Virus record (IMG/VR): IMGVR_UViG_3300031857_000007
Origin: a virus
Lineage: Duplodnaviria > Caudoviricetes
Reading direction: 5' to 3' (one strand)
DNA length: 64,000 bases
In this document: positions 58,610 through 64,000 of the stretch, in pieces
How positions within the stretch are numbered: the first letter of the stretch is position 1
Layout of the letters: each line of letters begins with the position of its first letter
Notes under the pieces: generated by a model
What the model was told of the DNA's origin: nothing
The model's database searches: none
The model's input: only the letters and a program-made list of their open reading frames with translations
Translations under genes and position numbers: made by a program

Positions 58610-59303
58610 ATATACAATCAGTGCTTTCTTTAGACAACCTACCAGGTTGTTTGAATAGTTTTACAATTTCACTATCAACTGCTTTTGGATCAATATACCA
58701 ATCTTCATAAGGATTGTTCAAATTTGCAACATTTCTAACTACCAATTCATATCCATATGAGGTAAGAAGTTGCATTGCTTCTTCTTGTGGTTCTGGACCG
58801 TCTTTATAAAGATCGGTTTCATAAGTAATAACAGAAAATCTGTATTCATCAAGTGGAATAGCCTTTAAAGCATTCAATGTTTGCCAAGCAGGTTCTATAT
58901 CTACCTGAAGATAATCAATTTGCTTTGGAAGATTTCTTTCTTCAAAAATCTTTTTAAAGTCAACCTCTAGAGCATTTGCACATACACATTTGTTTTTTCT
59001 AATCGAATTATATCCATTAACTTTTTCTGGATCAATTTCGAAAGAAACGCCTGTCCAATCAAATTTAGATTCTAGCAGATAGGTGTTGCTAATAATTACA
59101 GCATGATCTCCACCTATCTCAACATAGGTTCCATTTTTCTTTCCATTAAGAATGCTAAGAGCAAACATATCCTGAAAAGCTTGAGAATAGTTATTCTCAA
59201 TTGTTTCTACACCATCAAACTTATATCTTAGATTATCAAGATCTTTTTTAAAATACCGATTACATTCGGGAAAAATAAATTCGTCAATCATACTTGCTTC
59301 CAA
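58599..59303 (-). CDS. FkbM-like methyltransferase
   Basis: YSQAFQD, GTYVEIGG, SNTYLLE....WTG..FE, IDYLQVDIE. Confidence 0.75.
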   Translation of the reverse strand: MEASMIDEFIFPECNRYFKKDLDNLRYKFDGVETIENNYSQAFQDMFALSILNGKKNGTYVEIGGDHAVIISNTYLLESKFDWTGVSFEIDPEKVNGYNSIRKNKCVCANALEVDFKKIFEERNLPKQIDYLQVDIEPAWQTLNALKAIPLDEYRFSVITYETDLYKDGPEPQEEAMQLLTSYGYELVVRNVANLNNPYEDWYIDPKAVDSEIVKLFKQPGRLSKESTDCIFGN

Positions 59304-60283
59304 TATTCGTAAATGTCTTTTGTAACTTCATACTCCATTGTCTTAACTTTTCTGTTTGGTTGTTTCATTGCCCAAACAAACATACTTTCAATTAGTTCAT
59401 CGAGATTTGTTTCATCTCTAAATTCTAACATAGTTTTTGCTTTTGTGTGATCACAATAAGCATGTTTTACTTCATGTCTGGGTTCTCCATGTTCAATAGG
59501 AACTTCATACCCATACTTTTTACCAATTCTTTGAACGGTTTCCGCAACTTCATTTAAAGTAAAATACTTATCTGCGCCAATATTAAAAGTTTCTCCATCA
59601 AAATCAGTAAGAAGTTTATCAAAAGGTTGCATGTAATATTTGATATCTGAGAAAGCACGAGTCTGTTCTCCATCACCATAAACAAGAATAGGTTGACCAT
59701 TCAAAGTTTTGCGGATAAAAATGCCGATCACATTACGATAGCGGTCCCAAATGTTTTGATATATTCCAAGAACATTGTGTGGTCTTACGATATTATATCT
59801 CAAACCAAACTGTTCATGTGCCAATTTCAAATCACATTCAACAGCATACTTAGCGATACCATATGGGTCAATTGGTTGTGGTTTTTTATCTTCAGTAAAT
59901 GGTGGATCTTGTTCCCCATATACAGCCATACTAGAAGTGAAGATTATTTTTGTATCATGTTTAATACATTCATTAATCAGGTTTGCAGAACAAATAAGAT
60001 TATTCCGATAATTAAAATTTCTAATAAAAGGAGAAAGTCCTTCAGCAGCGTATGCAGCAAAATGAAGAAGAATATCTGGTCTGTGTTCTTCAAACAGTTC
60101 TACAACTTTTTTTCTTTTTTCCAGATCAAGTTTTACAAAAGTAAAATTTTCTGCTTTTGGTAGAAATGCTCGATAACCACCAGAAAGATTATCTATACCA
60201 ATAACATCATGACCATTTAAAATCAAATGTCGCGTATAATTAGATCCAAGAAGACCTGCACAACCGGTTACAAATATTTTCAT
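59288..60283 (-). CDS. NAD-dependent nucleotide-sugar epimerase/dehydratase
   Basis: TGCAGLLG, SSMAVYG, PYGIAK (YxxxK), RPHNV.G. Confidence 0.85.
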   Translation of the reverse strand: MKIFVTGCAGLLGSNYTRHLILNGHDVIGIDNLSGGYRAFLPKAENFTFVKLDLEKRKKVVELFEEHRPDILLHFAAYAAEGLSPFIRNFNYRNNLICSANLINECIKHDTKIIFTSSMAVYGEQDPPFTEDKKPQPIDPYGIAKYAVECDLKLAHEQFGLRYNIVRPHNVLGIYQNIWDRYRNVIGIFIRKTLNGQPILVYGDGEQTRAFSDIKYYMQPFDKLLTDFDGETFNIGADKYFTLNEVAETVQRIGKKYGYEVPIEHGEPRHEVKHAYCDHTKAKTMLEFRDETNLDELIESMFVWAMKQPNRKVKTMEYEVTKDIYEYWKQV

Positions 60284-61149
60284 ACAGTTTCCTCAAATAC
60301 CTCCCATTCTGGACAATACAAATCTTTAGTATCTTTGTCTGCATAAGACGGACCAAACCATTTTTTTGGCGCGATTACTTTTTTATTAGGATTATTAATT
60401 AGCCAAGCTCCCCACCAAGAAAGTGAACTATTAGCAATAATAGCATGAGAACACAAAGACATCAAGCACAAATCAGTATACGGAGTATACGATCCATCTT
60501 CATATTTTTCTTGTGGTTGTGATATAAAAAATCTATCACCTTTAAATAATTTTTGACTTTCGACCCATTCGGGAGAATCCGAAAAGACAATAACTGGTTG
60601 ATTATCATTAAACTTATCAAGTGCTTGAGAATAATATTCCATTGTCTGTAAAGGATGTTGATCCTGGCAATTAACATATGCCCATTTAAACCCTCTAGGA
60701 TCAACAAGATTAGGATCACCTCGTCTTATATGAATAAAGATTGGATTTTGATTTTTAAATTCTGATATAAATTCCAAACAGGGATCAAGATGATAATCAA
60801 GAAATGTAAATTCTTTTCTAATATCTTCGGACACTTCTTTGAAGTATTTTTCAGATTGAAAAAAACCATAGAGACTTACATTATCTGGGCAGTTCTCGTA
60901 AAGTTCTTGATCATAATGAAAATACCTTTCTTTAAGATGCAAAAAATCTTCTCTTATATCTTGTCTATCTTCAGTAACAGATTCTAATTTGAAACATTCA
61001 TGAAGACTGTAGTTTTCTATGCCAGTAACTGAGAATGGTGGAATACACCAATCATAATTATTTTTTGCTGCTATTCCACGCAGAGCAGCATACTCAAACA
61101 TTTGGTTGCCAAGTCTGCCCAGATTTCCCAGGTGATTAAAAGCTAACAT
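60280..61149 (-). CDS. GT11 alpha-1,2-fucosyltransferase-like
   Basis: GRLGNQMFEYA, GFFQSEKYF, HIRRGD, IIANSSLSWWGAWL. Confidence 0.85.
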   Translation of the reverse strand: MLAFNHLGNLGRLGNQMFEYAALRGIAAKNNYDWCIPPFSVTGIENYSLHECFKLESVTEDRQDIREDFLHLKERYFHYDQELYENCPDNVSLYGFFQSEKYFKEVSEDIRKEFTFLDYHLDPCLEFISEFKNQNPIFIHIRRGDPNLVDPRGFKWAYVNCQDQHPLQTMEYYSQALDKFNDNQPVIVFSDSPEWVESQKLFKGDRFFISQPQEKYEDGSYTPYTDLCLMSLCSHAIIANSSLSWWGAWLINNPNKKVIAPKKWFGPSYADKDTKDLYCPEWEVFEETV

Positions 61150-61997
61150 TAAATCATCTCCTTTATTATATTAGAAATACCCTCTTCAATAGATGTTTTG
61201 GATACCCAGTACTTATTGATATAAGTATTTGGTTTATTTTTCTTATCCATTTGAACAGAATCTTTCTCCTGCGAAGGGACAATTTTCACTTCTTTTCCCA
61301 TCGATTTAAATTGATCGACAATAACATTTGCAATATCAATAATTTTAATTGGTTGGAAACTTGTAATATGAAGTTCATCCTCACTAGTAAATTCGGAGTA
61401 GTTATTCATTATTGATTCCAATGCTTCACAACAGTCTTCTGCGTATAGAAACTCTCGCTCTTCTTGTCCATCAGTAAGCATGTCAATGACACCAGTTTCA
61501 AAACCTTTGCGGATGAAGTCAGTAATGACATGGGATTTTTCGTGATCTTTTTCAATTCCATAAACATTCCAAAACTTAACAATCAATCCATTCAATGACT
61601 TAGTATAGAGTTCACCAACATTTTTAAGCACACCATATGGAGAATAACTCATGTTACTCATCTGTGATGAAGCAAAGATAAATCTCTTATTATGCTTTTG
61701 AAGATATCCAAAAGCATTTGCCATCAAACGAGTATTGTTATCAATAAACTGGAAAGTATGTTGATACTTCTTGAGATAACGAGAACCACCAACATCAAAT
61801 GCAAGGAAGAATACAAAGTCAGAATCTTGTATCGCCATTTCCAATGACGAATTTGGAATTCTAGTCATATCTTGTTCTGGTCCATTCACAACATCGAATT
61901 CATGGACAGTATGACCTTTTCCACGAAGATATTCGGTCAGGTATGCTCCAACTTGACCACTTGAACCTAATACTGCAATATTCATGCTACTATTCAC
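61149..61997 (-). CDS. NAD-dependent epimerase/dehydratase
   Basis: GSSGQVG, PYGVLK (YxxxK), WNVYG. Confidence 0.8.
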   Translation of the reverse strand: MNSSMNIAVLGSSGQVGAYLTEYLRGKGHTVHEFDVVNGPEQDMTRIPNSSLEMAIQDSDFVFFLAFDVGGSRYLKKYQHTFQFIDNNTRLMANAFGYLQKHNKRFIFASSQMSNMSYSPYGVLKNVGELYTKSLNGLIVKFWNVYGIEKDHEKSHVITDFIRKGFETGVIDMLTDGQEEREFLYAEDCCEALESIMNNYSEFTSEDELHITSFQPIKIIDIANVIVDQFKSMGKEVKIVPSQEKDSVQMDKKNKPNTYINKYWVSKTSIEEGISNIIKEMI

Positions 61998-63085
61998 TTA
62001 TTTGTAGATTCGATCTGATCATTAATCCAAGAATACGTCTTACGAATTCCTTCCTCTAAGGTTTGAGAATAATCCCAACCAAGTTTTTCGCGGATAAGAT
62101 CATTATTGGAATTACGACCACGAACACCAAGAGGACCATCAATATGATTCTTCTCTACAGTTTTACCAGAAACTTTAGCAGCAATATCTACAAGTTGATT
62201 GATAGTTACCATTTCCTCAGAACCAATATTCACTGGACCTTGGAAGTCAGAATCCATCATTCGGCGGGTTGCTTCAATACATTCATCAATGTAGAGGAAT
62301 GAACGAGTCTGTTTTCCATCACCCCAAACATCAATTGTACCACCTTCCTTTGGAAGATATGCTACTTTACGACAGATTGCTGCAGGTGCTTTCTCTCTTC
62401 CACCTTCCCAGGTTCCTTCAGGTCCGAAGATATTATGATACCTAGCAACCCGAACAGGGATCCCATAATTACGAGAATAAGCGAGAAACAACCGCTCTGA
62501 GAACAACTTCTCCCAACCATACTCAGAATCTGGGTTAGCTGGGTATGCTGATTCTTCACGGCAGTCAGGATTGTCTGGATCAAGTTGATTATGCTCTGGA
62601 TACATACAGGCAGATCCAGAATAGAAAATTTTGGTTTGATATTCTAAAACAGGTCGAACACATGCAGTTCCATTATCAACACCATCAAATGTTTCATTCA
62701 GTTGGCGCTGTGCCTCAAGAACATTAAGGTTAATTTGTGACGAGTTATGCATGATATCTGCATCATTTTCGCCAGTAAAGACGAATCCTGCACCACCCAT
62801 ATCAGCAGCAAACTGATAGATTTCGTGGAACGGAAGAATGCAGCGATAAGGAACACTGGCGTAAAAATTACCTTGCTCACCTTTGAATTCAAGAACACGG
62901 CGAACAAAACTCATGTCACGCAAGTCACCTTGAATAAATTCATCTGCTTCTGAAATAGAAAACTCAGGATATTTGAGATCTACACCACGAACCCAATATC
63001 CCTCTGCTTTCAAACGCTTTACCATGTGGCTTCCAATGAATCCACCAGCACCAAGTACAAGTGCCGTTTTTTTATAATCGCTCAT
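61994..63085 (-). CDS. GDP-mannose 3',5'-epimerase-like SDR
   Basis: GAGGFIG, FAADMGG.GF, SACMYPE..Q, AYPA.PDSEYGWEK, REKAPAA.CRK, GVRGRNS. Confidence 0.8.
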   Translation of the reverse strand: MSDYKKTALVLGAGGFIGSHMVKRLKAEGYWVRGVDLKYPEFSISEADEFIQGDLRDMSFVRRVLEFKGEQGNFYASVPYRCILPFHEIYQFAADMGGAGFVFTGENDADIMHNSSQINLNVLEAQRQLNETFDGVDNGTACVRPVLEYQTKIFYSGSACMYPEHNQLDPDNPDCREESAYPANPDSEYGWEKLFSERLFLAYSRNYGIPVRVARYHNIFGPEGTWEGGREKAPAAICRKVAYLPKEGGTIDVWGDGKQTRSFLYIDECIEATRRMMDSDFQGPVNIGSEEMVTINQLVDIAAKVSGKTVEKNHIDGPLGVRGRNSNNDLIREKLGWDYSQTLEEGIRKTYSWINDQIESTNK

Positions 63086-63110
63086 AGATTACATTAAACT
63101 CTTTTTATAT

Positions 63111-63139
63111 ATTATACTAAAAAAGGTGGGTTTATGCAA
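63111..63139 (-). promoter_or_regulatory. Sigma70-type promoter for the sugar island, with its -35 inside the terminator
   Basis: TTGCAT-N17-TATAAT. Confidence 0.7.
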
Positions 63140-63146
63140 CCCACCT
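63119..63146 (-). terminator. Intrinsic terminator at the 3' end of the structured RNA
   Basis: AGGTGGGTT-GCATA-AACCCACCT followed by T5. Confidence 0.8.
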
Positions 63147-63555
63147 CTGTGACTCAGGCTCGCCACCAATTCTTTGACTGGAAATTGGAAACCAGGCGGG
63201 AGAGAGTCCCATCCGCACCACTTGCCTTTTGAAGGAATGGCAAGAAACCTAATAGGGTCATATTGACTCCACCACTTAGTTTTAGGAAACTAAGAAAAGT
63301 TGGGTTAACTTTGATATCTCGGTAATACCAAAGAATGCACATAAGAAAAGTACATCCCAAAGTTTAAGTTTAATAGCAAAAGGTACTGTGAGTAATCCTC
63401 CAACAACTTTTATCATTAAACCATATTTAAATTCTCCCCATAGCATAGTTTGATAACCAATTATGAGGAGAATGTTTCCAATCCACCGAAGTAAATCAGA
63501 TTTAGACATAAGGGGTTTTGCTCCCGACCAGTGCTGTTAAAGTCCATCCGTGACT
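63147..63555 (-). ncRNA. manA/wcaG-like multi-domain structured RNA, interrupted by an ORF
   Basis: Repeated pseudoknot-UGGYG-hairpin units (63147-63294) plus a 5' element ACGGATGGAC...CTGGTCGGG..CCCC (63511-63552); family name recalled from memory, not searched. Confidence 0.6.
63282..63509 (-). CDS. Small 2-3-TM membrane protein inside the structured RNA
   Basis: ORF track, 75 aa, hydrophobic; stop codon lies in the loop of the first RNA hairpin. Confidence 0.65.
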   Translation of the reverse strand: MSKSDLLRWIGNILLIIGYQTMLWGEFKYGLMIKVVGGLLTVPFAIKLKLWDVLFLCAFFGITEISKLTQLFLVS

Positions 63556-63557
63556 AT

Positions 63558-63812
63558 TTACTCATCATCGTCCCTCACGTAACAAGGAACAGTATCAGGA
63601 TCCAACCATTTAGTATATTCAAAATCTTCCATAGCCGTCATTAACTGCATTTCATTATCACATAGATACATATCTCGATAACGACCAGTATAAGAGTCTA
63701 CTTTTTGAATACGACAATCGGGTTTACCATTAATTTCTAAAGTACCCACTTGGATGTAACGATATGGAAATCGTTCCATAAGAACAGTTGGTTTCCTAAC
63801 TACTTTCATCAT
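63558..63812 (-). CDS. Conserved hypothetical protein
   Basis: ORF track, 84 aa. Confidence 0.65.
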   Translation of the reverse strand: MMKVVRKPTVLMERFPYRYIQVGTLEINGKPDCRIQKVDSYTGRYRDMYLCDNEMQLMTAMEDFEYTKWLDPDTVPCYVRDDDE

Positions 63813-64000
63813 GCCACTTCAACAGATTCGAGATCAGCAAGAACATATTCCATTAGCATTTCATAATCATCCAGAGGATCACCAGAAAACACTACACCTT
63901 CATTTTCATAAAAACGGCGAACTTTTTTGAAGAGTTTTGGATTCTTTACATCAAGGTAAAAATCACCATTTGCTGCACCACGAAGAGTTTGAAGGTCTTT
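63809..64000 (-). CDS. Hypothetical protein, 3' part only
   Basis: Open frame from the edge: KDLQTLRGAANGDFYLDVKNPKLFKKVRRFYENEGV...EVA*. Confidence 0.65.
   Translation of the reverse strand, partial: KDLQTLRGAANGDFYLDVKNPKLFKKVRRFYENEGVVFSGDPLDDYEMLMEYVLADLESVEVA

Noticed and set aside
63160-63275. Plus-strand tRNA genes or attP sites suggested by the NCCA ends
   Set aside because: No cloverleaf, D-arm or TTC loop can be built and no integrase is in the window. The complementarity is kept only as a hypothesis for the minus-strand RNA.
63154-63360. 68-aa minus-strand ORF across the structured RNA
   Set aside because: Overlaps the better 75-aa ORF out of frame and crosses the RNA stems; no protein-like features.

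Overview
A 64-kb segment of an AT-rich, T4-like cyanobacterial myovirus genome (Kyanoviridae-type cyanophage), with most genes on the minus strand. In order it contains: tail-fibre/virion proteins, a Mom-like DNA-modification gene, three tRNAs (Thr-UGU, Leu-UAA, Ile-UAU), the baseplate/tail module (gp5, CP12, hub, muralytic tape-measure-like proteins, gp51, gp26, gp54, gp4, gp2, gp48, gp53), replication and transcription genes (gp32, gp59, gp33, exonuclease, phoH, thyX), and a tandem glutamine-riboswitch/DUF4278 unit with an NtcA box. These are followed by speD, a flavin-dependent halogenase, glutaredoxin, psbD and psbA (with a PhotoRC-II-like leader), a divergent operon of secreted proteins, an autotransporter-like Pro/Thr-stalk protein, two lysis enzymes, peroxiredoxin/hli/ferredoxin, a cyanobacterial SLH-porin, and a 15-gene sugar-modification island. 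The window ends with a manA/wcaG-like multi-pseudoknot RNA that is interrupted by a small membrane-protein ORF. The most unusual signals are non-coding: the ORF-interrupted pseudoknot RNA with repeated UGGY elements complementary to tRNA 3' ends, the NtcA plus tandem riboswitch control of DUF4278, an RBS-sequestering leader, a candidate sRNA and a shared operator motif. All family assignments come from recognising motifs by eye; no database searches or folding programs were run.
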